Below are positions 38,605 to 48,095 of a stretch of 64,000 nucleotides of DNA, piece after piece (the stretch's first letter is position 1; each line of letters begins with the position of its first letter). The notes below the pieces were generated by a model that saw only the letters and a program-made list of their open reading frames with translations, did not search any database and had not been told where the DNA came from. The position numbers were made by a program, and so were the translations under genes. The DNA is from a virus. The stretch lies in the IMG/VR virus record IMGVR_UViG_3300047095_000666, positions 33,886 to 97,885 of that record; one strand, written 5' to 3'.

Positions 38605-39825
38605 TCAGTCTTCGAACTCTTCGTCCATGTCTTCCTTGGAGGACACGGCTTCCGACGAATCTGCGACCTTGGCATCGATGAAGTGGCCGAACTTCTCGGT
38701 CACGAGCTCATCGAAGCTTTCACGGAAGGTCTCGTTACCTGCGTAGGTCTTGGCGAACTCGCGCTGCGTGAAGCGGACGGTCTCCAGATTCGGCAGATTG
38801 AAGCCCTTCGAGCCGCCGCCCTTCAGGATGCTCTCTTCCTTGAAGTAATAGACGCTGGTGAAGGCGTCGTCGAAGCCGCGCTTGGAGTGGTACACCAGCG
38901 GCAGCGTCAGGGCGTTGTAGCCGGAGCGGGACTTCAGGATGCGGCAGTTCACGACGCGGCCTTGGAAGTAGAAGTCCTTGTCGTCCTTGAACTCCTTGCC
39001 AGCGGTCAGCTTGAACAGGTAGGACGACATGAAGATGAACTTGTTGCCGCCGCTGATGGACTCGTCGTCGCCCAGACCCGGCAGCTGGACCTTGCGCGGG
39101 GCATAGGGATTGATCGAGATCTTGGTGCCGATGTGGCCAACGGCGAGGATCGTGATGTTGTAGGCTTCGAGGAAGTGCTCGATGGAGGTCAGGAACGCGC
39201 CGTTCGACTTGGCGATCTGAGCGGCCACCATGTTGTTGTCGAGTTCCTTGTTCTCCAGCAGTTCCTTGGAGCGCATCGCCGACACGGAGTCGATGATGAT
39301 GACGGTGGGCGGGAAGATCTTGACTTCTTTGCCTTCGAGGTCGAACCAGTCCACGAGGTCGTCCTTGGACAGCTCGCGCTTGGAGTCGACGATGTCGAAG
39401 ATGAACTTCTTCAGGAACTCCGCAGTCATGTCTTCTTGGTTGAAGATCGTGAAGCGGTCTTCGTACTCCTCGTCCGTGATGCCGCAGATGTTCTTGATGC
39501 GGCTGCGCGGGTCGGTCGAGGAACGCTCGAAGTCGGCGAGGATGACGTCGCCGTTCAGGTCCTTGGTCATCGCGTTGGCGATCTGGAGCATGAGGGTGGT
39601 CTTACCCGATTGGGAGTGGCCGACCGCCATGTGGATCTTGCCCATCGGGACGCCGATGTTGTAGTAGGTGTCGCCTTCGGCCACGTTGGTGGCGAGGGTG
39701 CCGCACTGGTAGTCCAGCAGGTTGATCCCTGTGGGGACGAACATGGTCTCGGCGACGGAGCCGGGAGTCTGCTTCTTCAGGACTGCCTTTTTGGTGTCTT
39801 TGATCTTCTTGCTGAGAATGCCCAT
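38605..39825 (-). CDS. RecA/UvsX-like recombinase
   Basis: PTGINLLD, Walker A GHSQSGKTT, DFE, Walker B IIIDSVS, SGG, KSR. Confidence 0.9.
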   Translation of the reverse strand: MGILSKKIKDTKKAVLKKQTPGSVAETMFVPTGINLLDYQCGTLATNVAEGDTYYNIGVPMGKIHMAVGHSQSGKTTLMLQIANAMTKDLNGDVILADFERSSTDPRSRIKNICGITDEEYEDRFTIFNQEDMTAEFLKKFIFDIVDSKRELSKDDLVDWFDLEGKEVKIFPPTVIIIDSVSAMRSKELLENKELDNNMVAAQIAKSNGAFLTSIEHFLEAYNITILAVGHIGTKISINPYAPRKVQLPGLGDDESISGGNKFIFMSSYLFKLTAGKEFKDDKDFYFQGRVVNCRILKSRSGYNALTLPLVYHSKRGFDDAFTSVYYFKEESILKGGGSKGFNLPNLETVRFTQREFAKTYAGNETFRESFDELVTEKFGHFIDAKVADSSEAVSSKEDMDEEFED

Positions 39826-39865
39826 TTTGTTTCCTTGAGAAGATGGCGGGTCTCCCCGCCATGAG

Positions 39866-40366
39866 TTAGCCCTTGATTTCGTCTAGCAGCTTGGAGACGT
39901 CGAGCTGCATCGGGTGCAGGTTGATCTTCATCAGAACGTTGCTCCAGTTCGGGTCGTCGTTGGTGCTGAAGATCTCCAGCGCCATGAGGAAGTCGCCGAA
40001 GCCGAGAGCTTTGCCGTTGCTGGTCACCGTCTTGTTGAAGACGTGTTCGAGGAAGCGATCGCCCTCGCCGGGTTGGTCGAGGCTGAAGGTGTCCTCGAAG
40101 ACCGAGGATGAACGTTCAAACTTCAGATCCGAGTTTTCGCTCTCCGAGTAGAACCCGAAGAAACGACGAGATACGCAGATCAGAGCCTTGTCTTTGAAGA
40201 GGGACTCGATCTGTTGCAGAGTTACTGCTTCCGGGACGACGACAGTGAACTGCAGTCCCATCTGGAAGAAGTGCTCGCGAACGCTCGGCGACAGCAACGG
40301 GGTGATCCGCTCGGCGATCATGCGCTTGAAGTCAATGACGCCGTCAGATTGATTTGAACCGGACAT
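39866..40366 (-). CDS. Hypothetical protein
   Basis: Start set at MSGSNQ after AAGGTGG. Confidence 0.62.
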   Translation of the reverse strand: MSGSNQSDGVIDFKRMIAERITPLLSPSVREHFFQMGLQFTVVVPEAVTLQQIESLFKDKALICVSRRFFGFYSESENSDLKFERSSSVFEDTFSLDQPGEGDRFLEHVFNKTVTSNGKALGFGDFLMALEIFSTNDDPNWSNVLMKINLHPMQLDVSKLLDEIKG

Positions 40367-41393
40367 TTTTTCCACCTTCGATAATGTTTTGGATGTGAGA
40401 CAGGGAAGTTCTTCCGCCGGACGCAGCGTAGTGACCGCCTCCGTTGAAGTGTGCTTTCGCGATTTTAGAGACATCGCAATCTCCGTCGGGCTTGCTGCGA
40501 AGCCCGACTACTACATCGTTATTCCGATTGGAGAAACCCCAAATCAGGGCGAAATCGACTTTCTCCACAAGGGCATTTCCCAGCTCAGAGGTGAACATGG
40601 GACTCGCGTTGATCACGAGACCTTTGTATCCATCGATCTCGACCATCTTCAGGAAGTCGCCCTTCAGCTGGTCGATGTACTGGTCGTAGAGGCGGCACAT
40701 CGCCCATCCCTCATTGACGAACTTGGTGTAGCAGACCTCGCTCGTCCTGAATGAGTCGTAGAGCGAGTCGTACACGTCCATCTTGGTCGGGAGCGACATC
40801 AGGTTCATCATGAACGGACGCGTCTCCTTGTACTCCCAGCGCCACAGGTCGCGGTCTTGCACGAAGCGCACGACGTCGGGCATGATTTCCTTGTCGCCGA
40901 CGAAGTAGTTCCATGCCATCCCGGCACCGGAGTGGTCGTTGTCGAGTTCGATGTAGAACTTCTTCTCGACGAGCTGGGTGAATTCGATGGATTCGATCAA
41001 CTTCATGTAGAACTTCTTCTGGCAAACCTCCATGAACTGATCGTACTTGATCTTGCCGTCGAGGTAGTCGCGGATAAACCCGATCTCCTCGAAGGCAGTC
41101 TTGTGGTGATCCAGCAGCACCGTGTTCTTGGCGGTCTGGATGATCTTCCGCAGGCCCTTGATGGGGGAGAGCGAGAAGTCGACGATGTAGACAGTCTTTC
41201 CTTCGAGGTCCTCGACTCGGACGGGATTTTCGGCGTCCTCGATCAAGTCCTTCACAGAGTAGTCCACGTTGTAGCGCATGGGGATGCACTTGGTCTTCTC
41301 GTGGCCGAGGAACTTGGACGCCACCCACGCTGCGGTGAAGCCATCGTGGCACGGGCTGTGGTAGAGGACCACGTTTTCTTGTTCGATCATCAT
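40344..41393 (-). CDS. DHH/DHHA1 family phosphoesterase
   Basis: YHSPCHDG, IVDFS, LLDHHKT, DRDLW, LRS, GGGHYAASG. Confidence 0.9.
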   Translation of the reverse strand: MMIEQENVVLYHSPCHDGFTAAWVASKFLGHEKTKCIPMRYNVDYSVKDLIEDAENPVRVEDLEGKTVYIVDFSLSPIKGLRKIIQTAKNTVLLDHHKTAFEEIGFIRDYLDGKIKYDQFMEVCQKKFYMKLIESIEFTQLVEKKFYIELDNDHSGAGMAWNYFVGDKEIMPDVVRFVQDRDLWRWEYKETRPFMMNLMSLPTKMDVYDSLYDSFRTSEVCYTKFVNEGWAMCRLYDQYIDQLKGDFLKMVEIDGYKGLVINASPMFTSELGNALVEKVDFALIWGFSNRNNDVVVGLRSKPDGDCDVSKIAKAHFNGGGHYAASGGRTSLSHIQNIIEGGKNVRFKSI

Positions 41394-41400
41394 TGCTCCT

Positions 41401-41438
41401 AAAAGAAAGTGACCTTCGCTTCCGGGCGAAGGTCACTT
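41401..41438 (-). terminator. Intrinsic terminator/hairpin
   Basis: AAGTGACCTTCGC-TTCCGG-GCGAAGGTCACTT with an A-rich left flank. Confidence 0.6.
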
Positions 41439-41439
41439 A

Positions 41440-41943
41440 TCACGCAGCCACCAGTTCTTTGTTGAACGCGGCGCAATGCACCATCTTATCGATGCGGTTG
41501 TTGTACTCGGAGTCGCCGTGAGCCTTGACGTGGATGTAGCGAACCTTGTGCAGCTTCTCCTCGTTGGAGATGATCTCCTTGAAGAGTTCTTGGTTGGCGA
41601 CCGGGGATCCGTTAGTGGCGTACCAGATGCCCTTGACGGCCCGCTTTTTCCACTTCTCGACGTAGACGTTCAGGGACTCGACCAGCATCTTGCTGTCCGA
41701 GTAGACGTCCACTGTGACCTGAGACAGCTTGTCAGTCTCGGCGATGTCAACGATCGCCTTCAGACCGGCGTTCAGAGCCTTCATCTCCATCACGGAGATC
41801 GTGGTCTTCTCTTCGGTCTCCACGGTCTCGGACACCACGATGTCCTCCTCGCCGTGCTTCACGATGAGGATGAAACCGTACGCGCCTTTGCCGGTTTTCG
41901 CGTCGATGGAGCCATCCGTGTACAACTTGAAACGAGCTTTCAT
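41440..41943 (-). CDS. rnhA: Ribonuclease HI
   Basis: LYTDGS, MEMKA, YSDS, VANQEL, HVKAH, NNRID. Confidence 0.92.
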   Translation of the reverse strand: MKARFKLYTDGSIDAKTGKGAYGFILIVKHGEEDIVVSETVETEEKTTISVMEMKALNAGLKAIVDIAETDKLSQVTVDVYSDSKMLVESLNVYVEKWKKRAVKGIWYATNGSPVANQELFKEIISNEEKLHKVRYIHVKAHGDSEYNNRIDKMVHCAAFNKELVAA

Positions 41944-41957
41944 TTTTGGATTTCTCC

Positions 41958-42374
41958 TTACATGCCGAGCATGGATTTGAACTCTGCCTCCATCCGAGCA
42001 AGCTTCGTCCGGGCTTCTTGGATCATAGCGTACTTGCGGAAGAGGGTGTTTTGCATGGCGATGATTGGATCGCGCAGTTGTGCGGGAACGGTCATTTCGT
42101 AGGGTGTATCGTCTTCCGCCCAGCGTCCGACGATTTTGTCGGACTGGACAGGCTCAGCCCGCCACGGGGAAGAGAGGATAGCGCCCAGAGAGTTGAGAGG
42201 GTTCGAACCGGCGTTCCCGTCCACGCCGAACACTCGCTTGTAAGGATCCTCTTGCTGTTCGAGGATCGACTGCGGGGCCTTCGGGATCGAGACCGGGGAA
42301 GGCGGAATCGCCTTCACGCCGGTCGCATGGTCCACGCTCGGTTCGTCTTGGTCGACGTCGTAGCTGATGCCCAT
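41958..42374 (-). CDS. Hypothetical protein
   Basis: Start set at MGISYD just after the upstream stop. Confidence 0.62.
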   Translation of the reverse strand: MGISYDVDQDEPSVDHATGVKAIPPSPVSIPKAPQSILEQQEDPYKRVFGVDGNAGSNPLNSLGAILSSPWRAEPVQSDKIVGRWAEDDTPYEMTVPAQLRDPIIAMQNTLFRKYAMIQEARTKLARMEAEFKSMLGM

Positions 42375-42375
42375 A

Positions 42376-42747
42376 TCAGTCCTGCAGACCTTGTACGCCG
42401 AAGATATTGATGCCGTTCGGGACGGCAACCGGCAGGTTCATGATCTGATTGTCCCACTGCTGGGTCAGGGTGACCTTCGCGCCTTCGTACCAGTCGTTCA
42501 AGTCGAGGTGCTGGATCGGGTCATAGCCCTTGGCGATCAGAGTGCTGGGGTGAACGAACTGCTCCAGCAGGGAGCCCTTCTTCCAGTCTTGGGAGCCGTC
42601 TTCGCCGTCAGTGACGGTCTCGCGGTCGATCAGCTGGTTCAGCTCCTCGCGGGTGTCGGCACGGACCACCGGCAGGACGGATTCTTCGTTGATTTTCAGG
42701 GGGAGCGCCAGAACGTGCTGTTCGGTTTTGCGGTTGTTGCTATCCAC
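42376..42747 (-). CDS. Hypothetical protein
   Basis: GTG start, AAAGGG RBS, 123 aa. Confidence 0.65.
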   Translation of the reverse strand: MDSNNRKTEQHVLALPLKINEESVLPVVRADTREELNQLIDRETVTDGEDGSQDWKKGSLLEQFVHPSTLIAKGYDPIQHLDLNDWYEGAKVTLTQQWDNQIMNLPVAVPNGINIFGVQGLQD

Positions 42748-42760
42748 TTTGATGCCCTTT

Positions 42761-43783
42761 CTACTTCAGTTTGAACATTTTTGGTTTGATGAGGTCCTTT
42801 CGAACCCCGAAGTCCTTCTGCCCTTCCATCTGGTTGTAGCAGATCCGGATCTTGTTATACCGCCATTCCGGGAGGATGAACTGGTAGTCGTCCAGCGACA
42901 CGTCGTTGTCACTGTATATCGTCAGGTTCATATTTAGGAACCCCATCCGCATTAGCATCGTGGGGAAGAGGTTGAAGCCTTTCCCGTTGATCGCACAGAA
43001 GACGTGGTTCTTATTCTGCTTCCCGGCGAAGAAGTTGTTGTAGACTGAGAGGAGGTCGAAGACTCCCTCGGTCATCACGACGTTTACTTCAGGAGCCATC
43101 AGCTCCAAGTCGCTCCGGATGGTGTAGATTTTGCTGCCCTCCCCGAACGGGTCGAGACATATGGTCTTGAACCTTCTCTTGAAGTCGCCGTCGATGTACC
43201 TGAACGTCGCATGGGAGCAGTCCCGAGACAGCCAACCAAGGCCGAACTTGTCGACGAGGTAACAGTCCTTGGACATCCGATCATCGTCAAGAAGCTTCTC
43301 CATGCCGTTAAGCACGAGGAAGTCCTCCAGAGAGCCGATGATTCGGTACTTCAGCAGGTCGTCCCTGCCGAAGGGCACGCCGAGTCGGTCCTCCATGTAC
43401 TTCAGCTTCTTCTTGAACGAGCCGGTCAGCTGGTACTTGGGGAACTTAGGCTTCTTGAACTTCAGGTACGAGAGGCTGCTGCCGTTGACGGTAGTATTGC
43501 TCTTGTATCTCTTTACTTCCTTGTGGATGCCGAGCGCGATCTCGTCGTCGAAGACGCCGATGTCGTTCAGCACGTCATCATTGAGGATGCCAGACGTCTC
43601 GCAACGCTGGCAGAAGAAAGAGTACGGCGCACTGACAGATACGTACAGGTGCGCGTGAGTTTTGTCGCGTATCGAATCCCCGCAATAAGGGCAGCGTAGA
43701 TTCAACTCCGTCTTGTTGGCGTTGAAGTACGCTACCCTTTTTGCTTCACGGAGGGCGCGATACAGGTCATCTATAAGCGCCAT
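42761..43783 (-). CDS. DNA primase (Zn finger plus TOPRIM)
   Basis: RCPYCGDS...H.Y...CQRC; TOPRIM TEGVFD and YSDND. Confidence 0.85.
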   Translation of the reverse strand: MALIDDLYRALREAKRVAYFNANKTELNLRCPYCGDSIRDKTHAHLYVSVSAPYSFFCQRCETSGILNDDVLNDIGVFDDEIALGIHKEVKRYKSNTTVNGSSLSYLKFKKPKFPKYQLTGSFKKKLKYMEDRLGVPFGRDDLLKYRIIGSLEDFLVLNGMEKLLDDDRMSKDCYLVDKFGLGWLSRDCSHATFRYIDGDFKRRFKTICLDPFGEGSKIYTIRSDLELMAPEVNVVMTEGVFDLLSVYNNFFAGKQNKNHVFCAINGKGFNLFPTMLMRMGFLNMNLTIYSDNDVSLDDYQFILPEWRYNKIRICYNQMEGQKDFGVRKDLIKPKMFKLK

Positions 43784-43799
43784 GCGCCCTCCTTTCCGG

Positions 43800-45257
43800 T
43801 CAGTAACGCTCCAGGAAGGAAAGGATTTCCTGGATGATGCCGCGCTGGTTGCCTTCGGTGTCGATGAACTTCTGGAGGTCTTCTTCCTCGTCTCGGAACC
43901 CCTTGACGCAGGTGAACTCCGTATTCATAATATCTCCGATAAAGGAGATTAGCATCTTGTTTTCTGCGAGCTTTTCCTTGACGAGCGGGAACCGGTTCAG
44001 CAGGGCGCGGTACGAACGGGATTGCAGGACTTCTCCGATCAGCTTGCCCCGATTGAAGCTCTTCTTGTTCTCCTTCGGCTCGGTGGAGGAGCCGATCATG
44101 GCGGCGAGGCTCTTGTAGTTCTTCTCGATGAGGAACTGACGGGTGATCATCAGCAACCAGATGTACTCCTCCCGGTTGCAGAGCGTCACGTTGATGCGGT
44201 CCTTGCCGTTGACGTAGTAGTCGATGAGGCGCATCTGTACCTGATTCGGAGCGATGTTCTCGGCGAAGTACTCGTGTTCTTCCTCGGAGAAGCGAATCTT
44301 GTGCTTGTCAATGAAGTTCCGAATCGCTTCCTTCTCGATGACGTAGGACATCTCGTTTGCGTTGACCAGACGCATTTCCATCCGGGTGAACGGGTTGATC
44401 CCTGTATCGTTGCCCTCGGTCTTGATCTGAGAGATCGGCTTGAAGGTGATCTTGATGTTCTGAGTGAAGGTGTACATCACCTGCTGCTTGATCACGACGT
44501 GCAGGAACGACACGACGGAGCGGTTGATATCCAGCTTCGGGATCGTGTCGCGGATGATCTTGCGGTTCAGGTCAATGATCAGCAGCTGGTCGTTGACAGC
44601 GATGTTCTTCAGGTAGTCCCACATCACGCGGTCAGAGTACAGCGTGTTCTGCACCGAGGAAGTGATGAAGCGGTTGATCTTGGACGGGAGGTCCACGGTC
44701 TCGCCTTCCTCGTCCACGCGGAAGACCTTGAAGATCTCCCCGAAGATCCGCACGGTCAGGTCCTGCTCCTTCTTGATGTCAAACTTCTCCATGAAGGCGC
44801 AGATCAGCGGCACCGTGAGACGGCACATGAACGACACGCAGATCAGCAGTTTGGCGTAGGAGTCCTTGAACTGCAGTTCTTCTTCGCCGTTGCGGGTCTC
44901 GATGGTGATCGTGTACTCCTCACTCACCTTGTCCCTGATGACGTGTTGCAGGGTGTCGTCGGAGATGACGTGCTCCTTGATGATATCGATCAGCTGGAGC
45001 TCGATCTCGTCGCGCTCGCCTTCTTCGATCTGGTCGATCATGATGCGAGCGGTGAGGTACTTCTCGGAGAAGTCCGGGTGGATCCGGAAGACGTACTTCA
45101 TGTCGTCGATCACGCGGTCCATGATCGAGAGGTAAACGCGCTTGCGGTGCAACGGGTAGTAGTTGTAGGTTGTGTCGTCCTCCAGATCGAAGATCTCGTT
45201 GAAGTCGATGTTGAACCCTTTACCTTCGACGGAAAACAACTTCTCTATGTGCGGCAT
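43800..45257 (-). CDS. 485-aa helical protein, candidate sigma-like promoter-specificity subunit
   Basis: The CDS is secure. Function inferred only from size, helical composition and position two genes from the chaperonin (as AR9 gp226 relative to gp228). Confidence 0.5.
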   Translation of the reverse strand: MPHIEKLFSVEGKGFNIDFNEIFDLEDDTTYNYYPLHRKRVYLSIMDRVIDDMKYVFRIHPDFSEKYLTARIMIDQIEEGERDEIELQLIDIIKEHVISDDTLQHVIRDKVSEEYTITIETRNGEEELQFKDSYAKLLICVSFMCRLTVPLICAFMEKFDIKKEQDLTVRIFGEIFKVFRVDEEGETVDLPSKINRFITSSVQNTLYSDRVMWDYLKNIAVNDQLLIIDLNRKIIRDTIPKLDINRSVVSFLHVVIKQQVMYTFTQNIKITFKPISQIKTEGNDTGINPFTRMEMRLVNANEMSYVIEKEAIRNFIDKHKIRFSEEEHEYFAENIAPNQVQMRLIDYYVNGKDRINVTLCNREEYIWLLMITRQFLIEKNYKSLAAMIGSSTEPKENKKSFNRGKLIGEVLQSRSYRALLNRFPLVKEKLAENKMLISFIGDIMNTEFTCVKGFRDEEEDLQKFIDTEGNQRGIIQEILSFLERY

Positions 45258-45287
45258 GCCCCTAATCCTTTCTGACGCTTTTTTTGG

Positions 45288-46028
45288 TTACTTCTTGACT
45301 CTCGTTTTGGTCTTTCTGATGGGAGACCTTCCCCTTTTCACTCGCTTCTTCTCCAGCTCCGTCACGGTGACCGTCTTCTGGCGGCTCCGCTTCTCGGCCT
45401 TCTTCTTCTCTGACTGCAGGTGCTTCTTGTTCGCGTAGTCCCGCTCGACGTCCTCGAAGCTCCGGATCGCGTTCTTGATCGAGATCTTGTTGGAGACGGT
45501 GAGGAACTTCGAGTAGTTCTCCCGCATGAAGAGTCGATTCTCTTGGATGAAGAGGATGGCGTAGACCACGCTCTTCTCGTAGTTGATCGTCTCGTCAGGA
45601 TTCCTCGTCTTCGGTGGCTGCGTCAGAGCTTCCTTCGGCAGCAGCGGGCGCAGGTATTCGACCAGCAGCTCCCTCTGGTTGAACACGTACGCGTATGTGA
45701 AGACGAACGCGAAGTTGTTGCTGAAGATCTTGATCTTCTTCGGCAACAGTGAGGTTTCAAGGCTCCCGACTCCCATGAATTCGATGCAGACGTCGTATGT
45801 CACGCCTTCCACGGATTCCGAGGGAACCTTCACCGACAGTATGATCGAGTCGGAGACCTTGTATGCGTTGAAATTGAATCTACCGCCAGACTCCTTCAAG
45901 AGGTGGCGGTAGCGCCCAAAGAGAGCGTCCACGATTGCTTGACGCTGAGAACCGCTCGCTGCACCGGCACCGATCGGATTCTTCATATACGACTGCAGCG
46001 TGTACTCGTACTTTTTATTGTCCTCCAT
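45288..46028 (-). CDS. Hypothetical protein with basic C-terminal tail
   Basis: 246 aa; KVPSE...YDVCIEF...KIFSN..AFVFTYAYV. Confidence 0.75.
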   Translation of the reverse strand: MEDNKKYEYTLQSYMKNPIGAGAASGSQRQAIVDALFGRYRHLLKESGGRFNFNAYKVSDSIILSVKVPSESVEGVTYDVCIEFMGVGSLETSLLPKKIKIFSNNFAFVFTYAYVFNQRELLVEYLRPLLPKEALTQPPKTRNPDETINYEKSVVYAILFIQENRLFMRENYSKFLTVSNKISIKNAIRSFEDVERDYANKKHLQSEKKKAEKRSRQKTVTVTELEKKRVKRGRSPIRKTKTRVKK

Positions 46029-46108
46029 AGGAGGTTACCCCGCTTCTTCTTATGCCCTCCCCGCGAGGGGCAGGCATTATAACTCAAAATGGGTGAACGA
46101 GGGGAAAA

Positions 46109-46143
46109 TTTGCAGATGACCGAAGGTTCCGGTCATCTGCAAA
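46109..46143. other. Perfect 14-bp hairpin
   Basis: TTTGCAGATGACCG-AAGGTTC-CGGTCATCTGCAAA just downstream (minus sense) of an early motif; chaperonin terminator or 5-prime leader hairpin. Confidence 0.55.
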
Positions 46144-46146
46144 CTA

Positions 46147-46155
46147 ATGATATAT
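46147..46155 (-). promoter_or_regulatory. Early-type promoter motif (G)ATATATCAT
   Basis: Heads the unit containing the sigma-like candidate, primase and RNase H. Confidence 0.6.
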
Positions 46156-47846
46156 CAGCACGATACGAATTGATTGATGCTCAAGAGCATCCCGACGATC
46201 GAAACAGATGCCTTCAGGATCTGGATGTCGGTGTCGATCGGTGCCAATACAGTGGTGTCCTCGATGGATTCGAGGTTCCCCGTCATGACGTTGAAAATCT
46301 TGTCGTCCACCCCTTGCAGGATGGTCCGGAAGCCTTCATGGTCTGCTTTTGCCTGCGGAGATTTGCTGGCGATGCAGAAGTAGGTATCGAAGTACACCAT
46401 GACCAGACGCTGGAAGATCAGGCGGATGTACTCTTCGTCGAACTGCTGGAAGACGTAGTCGTTCTTGTAGATCGAGTCGAAGCGAGAGTTCAGCTGCTTC
46501 ATGGCAAAGTACAGGTTGACGTTGCCGCCGAAGCCGTATCCCTTGTTGATGGCAGACTTGCATGCAAGGACAGCGTCCTCCACGAGGTAACGGCGGGCCT
46601 TCTTCTCCTCTTCGGTGATGCCACCGACCAGCACCTTGACCGTGACTCCGCTCAGCTTGGACAGACGGACCCGGACCGCACCGCGCTGTGCGGGCAGGTT
46701 GTTCGGGATATCGTCGTACTCTTTGTTGAGCTGCTCGACACGTTCGAGGTAGAACGGAGTGCTCTTGACGAGCCCGTCGCCGCCGATGAACATCGTCTTC
46801 GTGCCGAACAACTCGACGCTCTTACAAGCGCCAAGCTGCTCCAGCTTGAAGTTCTTCGGGTCGCGTACGCAATCCGAGTCGAGATAGATGGCGAGGTCGA
46901 GGAACTCGTTGTGAGCGTTCTCCATCGACAAGTCGTTCGCACGGATCAGAACGACCTTGTTCTTGCCCTTCAGGAAGTCCGACAGACAGTCGTTGACGGT
47001 TTCCTCGTGGGTCACTTCCACGATCGCCACGATCGGACGGTCGGGATGAGCCTTCTGGATTTCCTTGAGGTTGTCGTAGTGGTCGGGGAAGAACTCGTAG
47101 CTCATGTAGATGAGCGGTTCCTTCACGACCAGAGCAGACTTACCAACCTGATTGAAGTACAGATTGTGAATCGGACCGCGATCGAAGGTAAAGCCATAGC
47201 GAGTCGAGTGCGACAGCGGCACGTTCGAGTCGCGAGGGTCTTCCTCGATGCGGATGTCCGAGAGGTAGCTCAGCTTGTTGAACAGACCGGCAATGTAATC
47301 CCCGATCTTGACGTCGTTGTTGTTCGAGATACTGGCAATCGACGTCAGCACGGAGTGGCGGTTGCCGTCGTCGATCTTACGGCAGTTCACGGTCATGTCC
47401 TCTTCGAGGTACGTGACGATGCGTTCCAGCACGTCGATCAGCTGCTTCCGCGTGTACTTCGGAGTCTCCCGGAGACCTGACAGGTACTCATACATGAACG
47501 AGGCCGAAAGCACCGCGCTGGTGGAGCCGTCGCCGACAGTCTTGACGAGGTTGTAGGAGACGCGCTTGATCAAATCGTGCAGCGCCTTGTCCTGCGAGTT
47601 GCTGAAGCGCAGGTTTTCGAGGATGGTGTAGCCATCCTTGGTGACAGTCGGGGTAGAACCGAGCTTTTCGATCAGGGTGTTCGAACCCAGAGGACCGTAG
47701 CTCTTGACGAGGATCCCGCACAGATTAGCGAGAAAGCCCACGGTGCCTTGGTGGAACTCGTCGTCGTCTCGGACTACTCCGTCGATGCGGCGACTGTCTT
47801 CCTTGACCTCCGCCGTACTTTCTTTCTTTTTGAAAAATCCAAACAT
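46155..47846 (-). CDS. Phage GroEL-like chaperonin
   Basis: SYGPLG, VTKDGYTI, VGDGSTSA, VGGITEEE...VEDAVLA, GGNV. Confidence 0.92.
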   Translation of the reverse strand: MFGFFKKKESTAEVKEDSRRIDGVVRDDDEFHQGTVGFLANLCGILVKSYGPLGSNTLIEKLGSTPTVTKDGYTILENLRFSNSQDKALHDLIKRVSYNLVKTVGDGSTSAVLSASFMYEYLSGLRETPKYTRKQLIDVLERIVTYLEEDMTVNCRKIDDGNRHSVLTSIASISNNNDVKIGDYIAGLFNKLSYLSDIRIEEDPRDSNVPLSHSTRYGFTFDRGPIHNLYFNQVGKSALVVKEPLIYMSYEFFPDHYDNLKEIQKAHPDRPIVAIVEVTHEETVNDCLSDFLKGKNKVVLIRANDLSMENAHNEFLDLAIYLDSDCVRDPKNFKLEQLGACKSVELFGTKTMFIGGDGLVKSTPFYLERVEQLNKEYDDIPNNLPAQRGAVRVRLSKLSGVTVKVLVGGITEEEKKARRYLVEDAVLACKSAINKGYGFGGNVNLYFAMKQLNSRFDSIYKNDYVFQQFDEEYIRLIFQRLVMVYFDTYFCIASKSPQAKADHEGFRTILQGVDDKIFNVMTGNLESIEDTTVLAPIDTDIQILKASVSIVGMLLSINQFVSC

Positions 47847-47856
47847 CTGCTAGTCC

Positions 47857-48039
47857 TTATTTTTGCTTTGACTGAGAACGGATCTTCTCCATCTCTTTTT
47901 CTTCGATCTTCCTCTTATCTTCGAGGAATTTCGACCGCCCGTTGTACAGATCGGTTAGCAAGGGAAGCTCGACATTCAGGACATCATCGAGAGTCAGTTG
48001 ACCCTTGAAGATGTCGAGAGTCGCGGCAACTTGATACAT
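47857..48039 (-). CDS. Small ORF, probable -1 frameshift extension of 48096-49256
   Basis: Frame stays open upstream to 48126 across CCTTTTTC; weak RBS at its ATG. Confidence 0.65.
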   Translation of the reverse strand: MYQVAATLDIFKGQLTLDDVLNVELPLLTDLYNGRSKFLEDKRKIEEKEMEKIRSQSKQK

Positions 48040-48095
48040 GATGTTGTCCAGCGATCTCTCGACAGCGGCCTGAGGGCGTATGTCAAGGAGCTTTC

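Noticed and set aside
28451-47846. Bacterial chromosome (rpoB, rpoC, recA, groEL, rnhA)
   Set aside because: All are highly divergent, split or truncated, and lack bacterial operon context such as ribosomal protein genes or groES.
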